Assembly (NCBI GenBank): GCA_026645875.1
Contig: JAPKMQ010000001.1
Location: 1 to 59,466, forward strand
DNA length: 59,466 nucleotides
Direction: 5' to 3'
Origin: Longilinea sp.
Lineage (GTDB): Bacteria > Chloroflexota > Anaerolineae > Anaerolineales > Anaerolineaceae
A program made the translations under genes and the position numbers. The notes below the pieces were generated by a model. The model saw only the letters and a program-made list of their open reading frames with translations, was not told where the DNA came from and searched no databases. Numbering within the stretch: position 1 is the first letter of the stretch; every line of letters starts with the position of its first letter. Of the stretch, positions 1 to 8,724 are shown one piece after another.

Positions 1-1
1 T

Positions 2-256
2 CCCGTCCAGCAGATCGAACTCGCCCCCGCCGTAGGCCTCCCCCCCACGGATGTCGAACGCATCGGTCAACACACGGCGCGTTCCATCCGGTAGCCGGGC
101 CATCAAGCGGGTCCCCTGTCCATCTCGCTCCAGCCAGGCCAGGGTGCCCGTGCGCGCATCCCAACGCACATCCATAAAGCGCATGCGCCCGGCGCGCGCA
201 TGCGCACTGATGGGACTGCCCCACAGCCCAAAGGGTCTTCTTTCAACGGATATCAT
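2..256 (-). CDS. S9 family (prolyl oligopeptidase/acyl-peptide hydrolase-like) peptidase, N-terminal part; runs off window edge
   Basis: Manual translation, absent from ORF track: MISVERRPFGLWGSPISAH...RRVLTDAFDIRGGEAYGGGEFDLLDG. The PxGxWxSPI and YGGG motifs are typical of this S9 subgroup N-terminus; co-oriented with trxA and sixA. Confidence 0.7.
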   Translation of the reverse strand, partial: MISVERRPFGLWGSPISAHARAGRMRFMDVRWDARTGTLAWLERDGQGTRLMARLPDGTRRVLTDAFDIRGGEAYGGGEFDLLDG

Positions 257-321
257 GCCATCATCCTGCGCGTTAAAAGAAAAATCGAGGCCAATCGCTG
301 CCAGCCCCGATTATTAAGCCT

Positions 322-636
322 TTAGAGATATGGTTCAAATTTCTCAACCAGCCGTTCAAGAGGTTGGTACCCCATCGCTCGCTGCCTGATTTCACCGTCA
401 ACGAACAAGATCACAGTCGGAACACTCATGACGTTCATGCTCACAGCCAGGTCGCTGCTTTCATCCACATCAATGTGAACCAGGCGCATGCGGCCCTTCC
501 ACTTAAGCACAAGTTTTTCGAGTTCCGGTTCCATCCGTTTGCAGGGCCCGCACCAGGTTGCGCCAAATTCAACCATGACAGGCAAATTGGATTTCAACAC
601 TTGTTCTTCAAATTGACTGCCTTGAATATTATCCAT
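322..636 (-). CDS. trxA: Thioredoxin
   Basis: WCGPC active site and SVPT cis-Pro loop. Start reassigned to ATG 636 (MDNIQG), preceded by GAGGTGAG. Confidence 0.92.
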   Translation of the reverse strand: MDNIQGSQFEEQVLKSNLPVMVEFGATWCGPCKRMEPELEKLVLKWKGRMRLVHIDVDESSDLAVSMNVMSVPTVILFVDGEIRQRAMGYQPLERLVEKFEPYL

Positions 637-710
637 CCAACTCACCTCTTTCTGGTCTTCCCTGAGGGCAACTGCGGGCTCCGTCGAACTCAATCCCCGG
701 ATAATCGGAA

Positions 711-1307
711 CTACTTTTTGGAAGTGCTTTTTGCCTTCGCGTCCTTCTTCTCTTTGGCGGCTTTGTCTTCTTTTTCGGGCTTGTCTTCTTTTTCGGGCTT
801 GGCCACCTTCTCGTCCTTCACTTCATGCGGCTTCCACAACGCCACCAGTTCGCCGGCTTCCTCGTGAGCGCGGATCTCCTTCCAGGAGCGGATCGGCAGG
901 GATAGGTAGGCCACCGCGGATGTCGACAGCGATTCGACCCTGCCGGAGAGGATTTGCAACAGCCCTTCCAGGCCGGGGTTGTGCCCGATGACAAGAATAC
1001 GCTCGACATCATCTGGCATCAACGACAGCAACTCAAGATAGATTTCCGGCTCAGCCATGTAAAGCGCATCGAGGTAGGAAACATCGCCGGTAAAGTGCAT
1101 GGCATCCACCACCGCCTGCGCGGTCATGCGCGAGCGTTCAGCCGTGGAGGCGAGAATCCGCTGCGGCACCAGCTCATTTTCACTGAGCAGGGCGCCCATC
1201 TGCGGGGCATCCTTCTTGCCGCGCTTATTCAGCCCGCGCTCATGATCCTTCAACTCGGGATGCTTCCAACTGGATTTGGCGTGACGCATTAAAATCAATG
1301 TTTTCAT
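711..1307 (-). CDS. sixA: SixA-like histidine phosphatase with Lys/Glu-rich C-terminal tail
   Basis: MKTLILMRHAKS (RH motif), LNKRG and VIGHNPGL motifs. Confidence 0.88.
   Translation of the reverse strand: MKTLILMRHAKSSWKHPELKDHERGLNKRGKKDAPQMGALLSENELVPQRILASTAERSRMTAQAVVDAMHFTGDVSYLDALYMAEPEIYLELLSLMPDDVERILVIGHNPGLEGLLQILSGRVESLSTSAVAYLSLPIRSWKEIRAHEEAGELVALWKPHEVKDEKVAKPEKEDKPEKEDKAAKEKKDAKAKSTSKK
763..798. repeat. 18-bp perfect tandem repeat x2 (TTGTCTTCTTTTTCGGGC) encoding KPEKED repeats
   Basis: Identical copies at 763-780 and 781-798. Confidence 0.9.
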
Positions 1308-1472
1308 ACGACCCATCCATATCAATCATCTTAAGAAAAATAAAAGCGAAATTCGACTAAAAGTATATCACAAGTGATTTCCACCCAAACGCCAAACCAG
1401 GCCCGGGAATCCTGCCTGAACCTTAAAGATTTCAGCGATGCACAAAACCCAAAAATCCAATAAAATGATGGC

Positions 1473-1835
1473 ATGGATGAGCTGTCCGCGCGCTTTATCG
1501 ACGAACCGATTGAACCCCGCTTTGATCTACCCCCGATGCTGGAAAAAAAGCCCACCTGCCCGCAAGGGTTTCTCTGGCGAAACCAGGAATTCCAAGTCGT
1601 GGAAATGCTGGCCGAATGGCAGGATTACCGCAGGCGCGGACGCATGGCCCGCAACATGGCACCCGAACACGCCAGCCGCGCCAGTCACACCGGCTCGTGG
1701 GGCGTGGGGCGTTTCTTCTTCCGCGTCCGCGTACAGGATGGGCGGGTTTTTGAGCTGTACTACGATCGCGCACCCGGCAATGCCTCCCAGCGCAAAGGCA
1801 ACTGGTATTTATTCACCATACGGCAACAACAATAA
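1473..1835 (+). CDS. DUF6504-like hypothetical protein
   Basis: P..F.WR...F.V.E.L.EW ... GR.FFRVR..DGRVFELYYD pattern. Confidence 0.65.
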   Translation: MDELSARFIDEPIEPRFDLPPMLEKKPTCPQGFLWRNQEFQVVEMLAEWQDYRRRGRMARNMAPEHASRASHTGSWGVGRFFFRVRVQDGRVFELYYDRAPGNASQRKGNWYLFTIRQQQ

Positions 1836-1850
1836 ACTAAGTTAAATATA

Positions 1851-1932
1851 AATAATATTGAACTTTTTAGAATAATATTTAATTTTATTCAAATTGCATA
1901 TTGACATTTTGTGAATTCGTGCTAATATTATT
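1851..1932 (+). promoter_or_regulatory. Sigma70-type promoter in an AT-rich block with three AATAATATT boxes
   Basis: TTGACA 1901-1906, extended -10 TG-C-TAATAT 1920-1928 (16-bp spacer). AATAATATT at 1851 and 1871; inverted copy at 1924-1932. Confidence 0.7.
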
Positions 1933-1936
1933 CCAA

Positions 1937-2015
1937 GTCAGCCACCCGTGTAACCGCGTAAGGCGCGTCTCTGGCCCAAGCCAGAAGGCCAACCTGCACA
2001 CTTCCGGGTGCTGAC
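1937..2015 (+). ncRNA. Candidate structured 5' leader RNA, family unknown
   Basis: Closing stem GTCAG-C-CACCCG / CGGGTG-CTGAC encloses hairpins CGCG-taagg-CGCG and TCTGGC-ccaa-GCCAGA. It begins near the predicted +1. Confidence 0.45.
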
Positions 2016-2036
2016 CGAAAAGAAAACGGAGACCTT

Positions 2037-2483
2037 ATGAATCAATTACTCACCAAATGTCCCATCTGCAACGGCGAACTCGCCGTCACCCGCCTGTACT
2101 GCCCGCAATGCGATACCACCATCGAAGGCCACTTCAGCCCAGGGCGCAACCTATTCGCCAATCTATCGCCTGAGCAGATGCAGTTCGCGCTCACCTTCAT
2201 CCGCTGCGAAGGACGCTTCAATCGCATGGAAGAGGAGCTGAACCTCTCCTACCCCACCCTGCGCAACCGACTGAACGATGTCATTCGCACACTGGGTTTT
2301 GAGCCCGGACGGGAAGAACCCCAGCCGCAGGCCGTGCGCCTGAGCGCGGATGACCGCCTGCGCATTCTCGACGATCTCGCCCAGGGCAAGATCTCCTCCG
2401 AAGAGGCGCAGCAACAGCTTCGAGGCGTCAAAAAGACCGAATCCGCCGGCATGGAAACCAGCCCATCGGAAAGGAAGGGATAA
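2037..2483 (+). CDS. DUF2089 family protein (Zn ribbon + HTH + SHOCT-like tail), putative regulator
   Basis: CPIC...CPQC Zn ribbon, SYPTLRNRL HTH, ILDDLAQGKISSEEA tail. Confidence 0.85.
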   Translation: MNQLLTKCPICNGELAVTRLYCPQCDTTIEGHFSPGRNLFANLSPEQMQFALTFIRCEGRFNRMEEELNLSYPTLRNRLNDVIRTLGFEPGREEPQPQAVRLSADDRLRILDDLAQGKISSEEAQQQLRGVKKTESAGMETSPSERKG

Positions 2484-2487
2484 TCTC

Positions 2488-2880
2488 ATGGTACAGACAG
2501 AAGAACGGCTGCGTGTATTAAAGATGCTCCAGGAAGGCAAAATCACCGCCAGCGAGGCCGCTCAAATCCTCGAAGCGCTCGAAGAGACCCCTCCGCCCCC
2601 TCCACCGAAGACCCCGGCGACCTTGGACCTGCCCAGCCGGCCCGGTAAGTGGTTCCGCGTGCGCGTCACCGACACCAACAACGGAAAGACCCGCGTCAAC
2701 GTGCGCCTGCCGCTCAACATGGTTTCGGCTGGCGTGAAGATGGGTATGCGCTTCTCGCCCGAAGTGGAAGGACTGGATGTTAACGAACTGATGACCTTCA
2801 TCAACTCAGGTGAAACTGGCCAGATCGTGGACGTCATCGATGAAGAAGACGGTGAACACGTAGAAGTCTTTATCGAGTAA
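2488..2880 (+). CDS. SHOCT-like domain protein, DUF2089 partner
   Basis: MVQTEERLRVLKMLQEGKITASEAAQILEAL. Start reassigned to ATG 2488. Confidence 0.8.
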   Translation: MVQTEERLRVLKMLQEGKITASEAAQILEALEETPPPPPPKTPATLDLPSRPGKWFRVRVTDTNNGKTRVNVRLPLNMVSAGVKMGMRFSPEVEGLDVNELMTFINSGETGQIVDVIDEEDGEHVEVFIE

Positions 2881-2993
2881 TTCCCCGCCCCAGTCCACCT
2901 GGGAATCTTACAGTTGATTTTTACAAAAGGATAATAAGCCTTCCAACCCGGCGTTGATAAGCTGACTGGAGCGGAAGGCTTTAATTTAAATCC

Positions 2994-4316
2994 ATGACAA
3001 ACTCCGAATACGCACCGATTAACAAAGGTTGGTTAAAAGTATTTATCCCCATCTGGATTGGACAGGCCTTCTCACTGTTCGGCAGCTCGCTGGTACAGTT
3101 TGCCCTGGTATGGTGGATGACTCAGAAAACCGGTTCGGCTGCTGTGCTGGCTACTGCTTCAGCCGTTGCCATGTTACCGGAAGTTCTCCTGGGACCATTC
3201 GTCGGCGCGCTGGTGGATCGCTGGAACCGCCGCAGGGTCATGATTATTGCTGATGGCAGCGTCGCCCTGGTCACGCTCGGTTTGGTGTTGCTCTTCGCCA
3301 CCGGTCGCACAGAAATCTGGCATGTTTACCTGGCGCTGTTCCTCCGTTCGCTGGGCGGTTCCTTCCATTGGCCGGCCATGCAGGCATCCACCAGCCTGAT
3401 GGTGCCCGAAAAGCACCTCGCGCGGGTATCCGGCGCCAACCAGGCGCTGCAGGGTTTGCTGCGCATCGCCGCACCGCCGCTGGGAGCATTGTTGTTGATG
3501 GTGCTGCCCATGTTCGCTGTGCTGTTAACGGATATTGTCACCGCCGCTGTCGCCATCGGCACCCTGGCTGTCACGCATATTCCGCAACCCGTACGGATCG
3601 ATGATAACTCCGCCATCACAGTGCGCCAGGTATTTCACGATGTACGTAACGGCCTGCGGTATATGGCCTCGTGGCCGGGGTTACTAAGCATCATGCTGCT
3701 GGCTTGCATGATCAACTTCTTTCTTTCACCGACCGGTGCATTCCTGCCATTACTGGTTACGGATCACTTCAAAGGGGATGCCTTTCAACTTGGCTGGCTG
3801 GAATCGGCCCAGGGGTTGGGACTGTTGACTGGCGGCCTCATGTTAAGCGTGTGGGGCGGCTTCAAGCGAAAAGTTCTCACCAGCCTGATGGGCGTGGTCG
3901 GCATCGGCGCCGGAATATTGTTGGTGGGTCTGACTCCTGGCAACCTGTACGGCCTGGCGATCGGCGGGATGGCGCTGACGGGAGTGATGCTCTCGCTGTC
4001 CAACGGGCCGTTGTTTGCCATCTTCCAATCCTCGGTTGCGCCTGAAATGCAGGGACGCATATTCACCCTGATCGGCAGCGTGGCAGGCGCCATGTCGCCG
4101 CTCGGCATGGCCATTTCGGCGCCGGTCGGTGAGTTCCTGGGCGTGAGAACCTGGTTCCTGTTGGCAGGCAGTTTGACCATTGTCATGGGCCTGACAGGTT
4201 TGCTCATTCCGACCATCCTGCACATTGAAGATCAGGCCAGAACGCGCAGCCAGAATGGCACCGTGCCACCATATTTGGCGGGAGAGAACGTTGCGTCTCA
4301 GACGGTTGCCGATTAA
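2994..4316 (+). CDS. MFS efflux transporter (DHA3/MefA-like)
   Basis: IWIGQAFSLFGSSLVQFAL, MFS motif A (GALVDRWNRRR), about 12 hydrophobic segments. Confidence 0.9.
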   Translation: MTNSEYAPINKGWLKVFIPIWIGQAFSLFGSSLVQFALVWWMTQKTGSAAVLATASAVAMLPEVLLGPFVGALVDRWNRRRVMIIADGSVALVTLGLVLLFATGRTEIWHVYLALFLRSLGGSFHWPAMQASTSLMVPEKHLARVSGANQALQGLLRIAAPPLGALLLMVLPMFAVLLTDIVTAAVAIGTLAVTHIPQPVRIDDNSAITVRQVFHDVRNGLRYMASWPGLLSIMLLACMINFFLSPTGAFLPLLVTDHFKGDAFQLGWLESAQGLGLLTGGLMLSVWGGFKRKVLTSLMGVVGIGAGILLVGLTPGNLYGLAIGGMALTGVMLSLSNGPLFAIFQSSVAPEMQGRIFTLIGSVAGAMSPLGMAISAPVGEFLGVRTWFLLAGSLTIVMGLTGLLIPTILHIEDQARTRSQNGTVPPYLAGENVASQTVAD

Positions 4317-4332
4317 CAATGCACATAACAAA

Positions 4333-4361
4333 CAGAGCAGGAATTAACAACTCCTGCTCTG
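4333..4361. terminator. Hairpin between convergent genes
   Basis: CAGAGCAGGA-N9-TCCTGCTCTG inverted repeat. Confidence 0.6.
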
Positions 4362-4383
4362 CCTACATTTAGGATCTTTACAG

Positions 4384-5460
4384 TTAAAGCAAATCGTGAA
4401 AACTCAGCATGCGCCCGCGGTTGCGCTCGTCAATCAGCGCCAGGCGCGCCGTGCGCAGCCCCTCGCCAAACGTGATCACCTGTGAATGCATCTGGATCAG
4501 CGGGTTTTCACGGTAGCAGGCTTCCAGGTTGTAATTGGGAATGCGCGGGCTGAGATGGTGGATCTGGTGAAAGCCGATATTGCCCGAAAACCACTGTAGG
4601 ATGCGGGGCAATTTGTAGTACGAAGCGCCCAGCAGCGCCGATGCCACGTAATTCCATTCGTCATCGCGCGCCCAGTACACTCCCTCAAATTGGTGCTGCA
4701 CGTAAAACAGCCAGATGCCGCCCATGCCCGCCAGCCAGATGACCGGCAGAAAAACCAGCGCAAAGTTCCAAAAACTGCCTGCCAGCTGGCTGCCCGCGGC
4801 TGCCACCAGCGAAATGCCCAGGTTAGTCCATAACACGTTCAACGTTTCCTTCCGTCCAAAGCGGGGAAAAGGCAAACGGTGCAGCAGCACAAAGGTATAA
4901 ATCGGCCCAAGACCAAAAATGATCAACGGGAACCGGAAAAGCTGGTAGCCGATGCGCTGGGTCAGCGGTAGGGCTTGGTACTCCTCCACAGTTAACGTGG
5001 TCACGTCACCGGTGCCGCGCTTGTCCAGGTTGCCGCTGGTGGCGTGGTGAACGGCATGCGCGTGCCACCAATGCTCGCTCGGCGTCCACACCAGCACGCC
5101 CAGTAGAAAACCAACGATCTTATTCGCCTGCCGCGAGGGAAAGAACGAGTTGTGCCCGCAATCGTGAAAGAAAATAAACAACCGCACCATGAATCCAGCC
5201 GTGGGCAGTGCCAGCAACAGCGTGAGCCAGTAGGACGCTTCCAGGCTGCGAACCATCAAATACAGCAGGCCAAGGAAGGGCAGCATTGTGTTAACCAACT
5301 GCCAGACCGCTTTGCGCGTATCTGCGCGCTGGTAGGGCGCCAACAGCGGATTCAATGTTTTCATCGTCGGCAGCGCCGGGGCGTCCAAAACGGACACTGG
5401 AGAGGACGGCGCGCCTGGCGTATCTTGTTTGGGGGGTGCGGCAATGACATCAATACTCAT
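4384..5460 (-). CDS. des: Membrane fatty acid desaturase, similar to Bacillus Des
   Basis: Three His boxes HDCGH, HAVHH, HQIHH; FYVQHQFE; IPNYNL. Start at ATG 5460 after AAGGAG. Confidence 0.9.
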   Translation of the reverse strand: MSIDVIAAPPKQDTPGAPSSPVSVLDAPALPTMKTLNPLLAPYQRADTRKAVWQLVNTMLPFLGLLYLMVRSLEASYWLTLLLALPTAGFMVRLFIFFHDCGHNSFFPSRQANKIVGFLLGVLVWTPSEHWWHAHAVHHATSGNLDKRGTGDVTTLTVEEYQALPLTQRIGYQLFRFPLIIFGLGPIYTFVLLHRLPFPRFGRKETLNVLWTNLGISLVAAAGSQLAGSFWNFALVFLPVIWLAGMGGIWLFYVQHQFEGVYWARDDEWNYVASALLGASYYKLPRILQWFSGNIGFHQIHHLSPRIPNYNLEACYRENPLIQMHSQVITFGEGLRTARLALIDERNRGRMLSFHDLL

Positions 5461-5584
5461 AATGTTGATCTCCTTCGTGATATTTATTCTAGCCATTGGG
5501 CCAACCAAAACCATCACCCCGGAATCACATCTCCGGGGTGTCCTCAGTCATATCAATCATGCCGGTCACATGACCGCGTGGCGC

Positions 5585-7237
5585 TTACAGGAACAGGATC
5601 AGCAGCACCTGAGCCAGTAGAATCTTTCCGATCATCGCGATCGGGTACACGGTGGCATAGCCGATGTTGGGCAGGTCGTTGCCGCTTTGCTCCAGCCCAA
5701 AGCCCAGCACAGCTGGTTGAGTCTGCAACCCGGCCAGCACGCCCACCATCACCCCCATCGGGATGCGCATCCATTTATGTCCCACCCACAGCGTCGCCGC
5801 CGCGATGATGCAGGTCAACCCGGCGCCGGCGGCCAGCACCAGCCAGCCGTCACCCTGCCGGAGAGTGGAGAAGAAGGCGTAACCGGCGCGCGTTCCAATG
5901 CCCGCCAGGAAGAAGACCAGCCCCACCTGGCGCAGCGTCAGGTTGGCGCTGTAGGGCATTTCCCAGATAATCGGTCCGGTGCGCCCCAACGCGCCCAGCA
6001 CCAGCGCCACCAGCAGCGTGCCGCCCGCGATGCCCAGGCGCAGCGTCATTCCACCAGGCAGCGGGATGGGGATCATGCCCACCAGCAGCCCCAGCGCGGC
6101 GCCCAGGCCAAATGCCAGCACGTCGATTTCGCTGACCGCGCGGTAGGAATCGCCAAAGAAGGTGGCCACCTGCCCGAGCTGATCGTGCGGGGCCAGCACG
6201 CGCACCTGGTCGCCCAGCGCCAGCACGGTGTCGCCGTGCGGCAGGATCTCCAGGTCGCCGCGCCGCACCCGGCTGACAATCGCGCCGTAACGCTCGCCCA
6301 GGCGCAAATCGCGCAGTTTACGACCGGCCATCGCTGGGTTGGAGATGAAGATGCGGCGTTTGTCATAAACGCTGACGTCAAACTCCAGGTGGTCGTCCTG
6401 CGGTTGTCCCAGCACGGCGGCCACGCGCTCCAGTTCATCCCGCCGCCCCACCACGCTGAGCAAATCGCCAGCCGTCAGAAGGTCCTGCCCGCTGACCAGG
6501 CGCATCTGCCCCGCATGTTTGAGCCGGCTGAAAATCACATCCCAGCCGTGCCGGCTGACCAGCCCGGCGACGGTCACATCCTGGTCGCTCTGCACCCGCA
6601 GGGTGATGTTTTGCAGCGGTTCCTGCGCCACACCGAACTCGCGCGCCTGCTCCAGCTCGGCGCGGTAATCAATTTTCCACACGCGTTGCAGGATGTAGAT
6701 GACCAGCAACATACCCAGAACGCCCATCGGGTAGGTCAGCGAGTAGGCGATCACCGGCTCGGCTGTCATCTGCTCCATCAGCGCGGCCGGCGCGCTGGCA
6801 CGCACATGCTCAATCACGCCCGCCAGCGCCGGTGTGTTGGTCAGGCTGCCGGCGAACATACCGGCCGCCATGGTGGCCTTGAGATTGAACAGTAACTTGG
6901 CCGCGGCCGCCAACCCGCCCGCGAAAACCAGCATGCCCAACACCAGCAAATTGCTCTTCAACCCCTGCCGGCGCATGGACCCAAAAAAGACCGATCCGCT
7001 GCTCAGACCGAGTGTATAAACAAACAGCACCAGGCCCAGGTTGTAGACCACGTCCGGCAATTTGAGATCCGGGTCCAACGCGCCAAATGCCAGGCCAACG
7101 AATAGCACCGCGGCTACGCCCAGGCTGGCTCCGCCAACGCGCAGTCGTCCCAACGGGTAACCGATAGCCGCCACCAAAAACAGTAGCAGGAGAGGATTGG
7201 CGCGCAGGAATTGAACAAACGTATCCAGCGCGGTCAT
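5585..7237 (-). CDS. Aspartate:alanine exchanger (AAE, YidE/YbjL) family transporter with TrkA-C domains
   Basis: AGSLTNTPAL and AGLQTQPAVL duplicated motifs; central soluble domains. Confidence 0.88.
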   Translation of the reverse strand: MTALDTFVQFLRANPLLLLFLVAAIGYPLGRLRVGGASLGVAAVLFVGLAFGALDPDLKLPDVVYNLGLVLFVYTLGLSSGSVFFGSMRRQGLKSNLLVLGMLVFAGGLAAAAKLLFNLKATMAAGMFAGSLTNTPALAGVIEHVRASAPAALMEQMTAEPVIAYSLTYPMGVLGMLLVIYILQRVWKIDYRAELEQAREFGVAQEPLQNITLRVQSDQDVTVAGLVSRHGWDVIFSRLKHAGQMRLVSGQDLLTAGDLLSVVGRRDELERVAAVLGQPQDDHLEFDVSVYDKRRIFISNPAMAGRKLRDLRLGERYGAIVSRVRRGDLEILPHGDTVLALGDQVRVLAPHDQLGQVATFFGDSYRAVSEIDVLAFGLGAALGLLVGMIPIPLPGGMTLRLGIAGGTLLVALVLGALGRTGPIIWEMPYSANLTLRQVGLVFFLAGIGTRAGYAFFSTLRQGDGWLVLAAGAGLTCIIAAATLWVGHKWMRIPMGVMVGVLAGLQTQPAVLGFGLEQSGNDLPNIGYATVYPIAMIGKILLAQVLLILFL

Positions 7238-7989
7238 TTCAAAAATAGCGCCAGCGCGCCGAACAACAGCGCGACCGCGGTGCCCGCAACGATCATGCGT
7301 GAATTGTCGCGCTCATCCGCCAGCTCAAAACCGCCCAGCATCGGGTTCACCTTCCACAGCGGCCCGCCAAACCAGGCCAGCAGCAATCCACCCACCAGCC
7401 CGCCCAGGTGGCCGTTGTTATCCATGTTGCCCACCAGTCCCAATCCCAGGTTGATGGCCACGATGAGGATCACGTTGCCCAACATCGACCGCGCGTTGCG
7501 GAACAACTTGCGGTTCTGGAATATGAAGATACCTTCTGCGGCGACCAGTCCAAAGATAGCCGTCGATGCGCCCAGCGAGGGGTTCGCCGTCAACAAAAAC
7601 GACAGCACGTTGCCGGCAAAGCCGCTCACCAGGTACAGGATGGCGTAGCGCAGGTGACCGTACTGCTGCTCCAGGCCGCGGCCGATCACATAGAGCGCAT
7701 ACATATTAAAGAAAATGTGCGTGATCGAGCCGTGCAGCCACATGGGCGTCAACAGGCGCCAGTATTGCCCGGCGATGATGGCCGCGTTGATTTTCATCCC
7801 GTACAGCGCTGGCAGATCTGTGCCCATGGTCGCATCGGTGACGCGCTGCGCGATATAGACCAGCACGCAGGATGCAATCATGAAGTAGGTCACGTAAGGC
7901 GTTTTGGCGGGCAACCGCCATCGCACCACAGGTTCCGGCGGCGGCGCGCTGGGATACGGATCGCTCCCAGCCGGATAATCCTGGTTCAT
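7234..7989 (-). CDS. Rhomboid intramembrane serine protease
   Basis: WRLLT..LH, HIFFNM, catalytic GAS and GHLGG. Confidence 0.92.
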   Translation of the reverse strand: MNQDYPAGSDPYPSAPPPEPVVRWRLPAKTPYVTYFMIASCVLVYIAQRVTDATMGTDLPALYGMKINAAIIAGQYWRLLTPMWLHGSITHIFFNMYALYVIGRGLEQQYGHLRYAILYLVSGFAGNVLSFLLTANPSLGASTAIFGLVAAEGIFIFQNRKLFRNARSMLGNVILIVAINLGLGLVGNMDNNGHLGGLVGGLLLAWFGGPLWKVNPMLGGFELADERDNSRMIVAGTAVALLFGALALFLK

Positions 7990-8639
7990 ACGATGACCTT
8001 TCGGTGCGGATTGCGCATATGTTCGCTGTCGATGATCCCGATGATCTTGTCGGCAGTTTCCGCCAGGCAGCAGCGCTTATTGATCACAACGTAATTAAAA
8101 ATGGGCAGCGCGTCCAGTTCGCTCGGCGCGGCCGTGATGCGCCGGTCAATCTGGTCGGGCGTATCCGTATCCCTGCCCAACAGCATGGCGCGCCAATCCT
8201 CCTCGCTGGCCGGCGTGATGAAAATCAGCAGCGCTTCCGGGAACAGTTCGCGGAATTTGCGCGCGCCCTGCACGTCCACCCGCATGATCACATCCAGCCC
8301 GCTGGCCATCGCGTCGCGGATCTGTTTGCGCGGAACGCCCTTGAAGTCATTATAGACCATAGCCCATTCGATGAATTCGTTGTTGCGAATCATCTCCTGG
8401 AAGCGTTCGTGGGTCAAAAAGTGGTAATCCACACCATCGCGCTCGGTCGAGCGCGGTGCGCGCGTGGTGGCGGTCACCACCTTGTGCAACGGGATGCCGC
8501 GTTTGAGCAGCTCTTCAATGACCGCGTCCTTCCCCACCCCCGACAGCCCGGAGATGACAATAAAAAGCGGTTCCCGTTTTTGCAGGTTGAAATTCAGAGA
8601 CGAATCACCGTCGGGCATGTTCATCAAGGTGATATCCAC
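7986..8639 (-). CDS. gmk: Guanylate kinase; true start may be a few codons downstream
   Basis: P-loop GLSGVGKD, TTRAPR, DGVDYHF, VDVQGA. Confidence 0.93.
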   Translation of the reverse strand: MDITLMNMPDGDSSLNFNLQKREPLFIVISGLSGVGKDAVIEELLKRGIPLHKVVTATTRAPRSTERDGVDYHFLTHERFQEMIRNNEFIEWAMVYNDFKGVPRKQIRDAMASGLDVIMRVDVQGARKFRELFPEALLIFITPASEEDWRAMLLGRDTDTPDQIDRRITAAPSELDALPIFNYVVINKRCCLAETADKIIGIIDSEHMRNPHRKVIV

Positions 8640-8724
8640 TCCAATCAGGCAGGTTGTTGACGAAATTCTAAGATTAGCATGATTATAATTGATTATTCAA
8701 GTCAAATCACCCGGAGGTTGCCGC

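Noticed and set aside
51-317. 88-aa + strand ORF
   Set aside because: Shadow of the minus-strand S9 peptidase N-terminus; no recognisable motifs.
1937-2015. SAM-I riboswitch (partial CTGGCCC...CAACC...GGTGC resemblance)
   Set aside because: It lacks the ATC.AGA P1/J1-2 core and the closing GAT, and downstream genes are unrelated to methionine. Kept only as an unassigned structure.
5687-6895. Long antisense ORFs such as 5687-6895, 11020-12000, 22678-24021, 29704-30699, 33070-34086 and 55015-55983
   Set aside because: They lie opposite well-supported genes in GC-rich DNA where stops are rare, have biased composition and show no motifs.
8657-8689. TTGACG...TATAAT promoter pair
   Set aside because: The 21-bp spacer is too long; only the -10-like ATTATAAT element is plausible.
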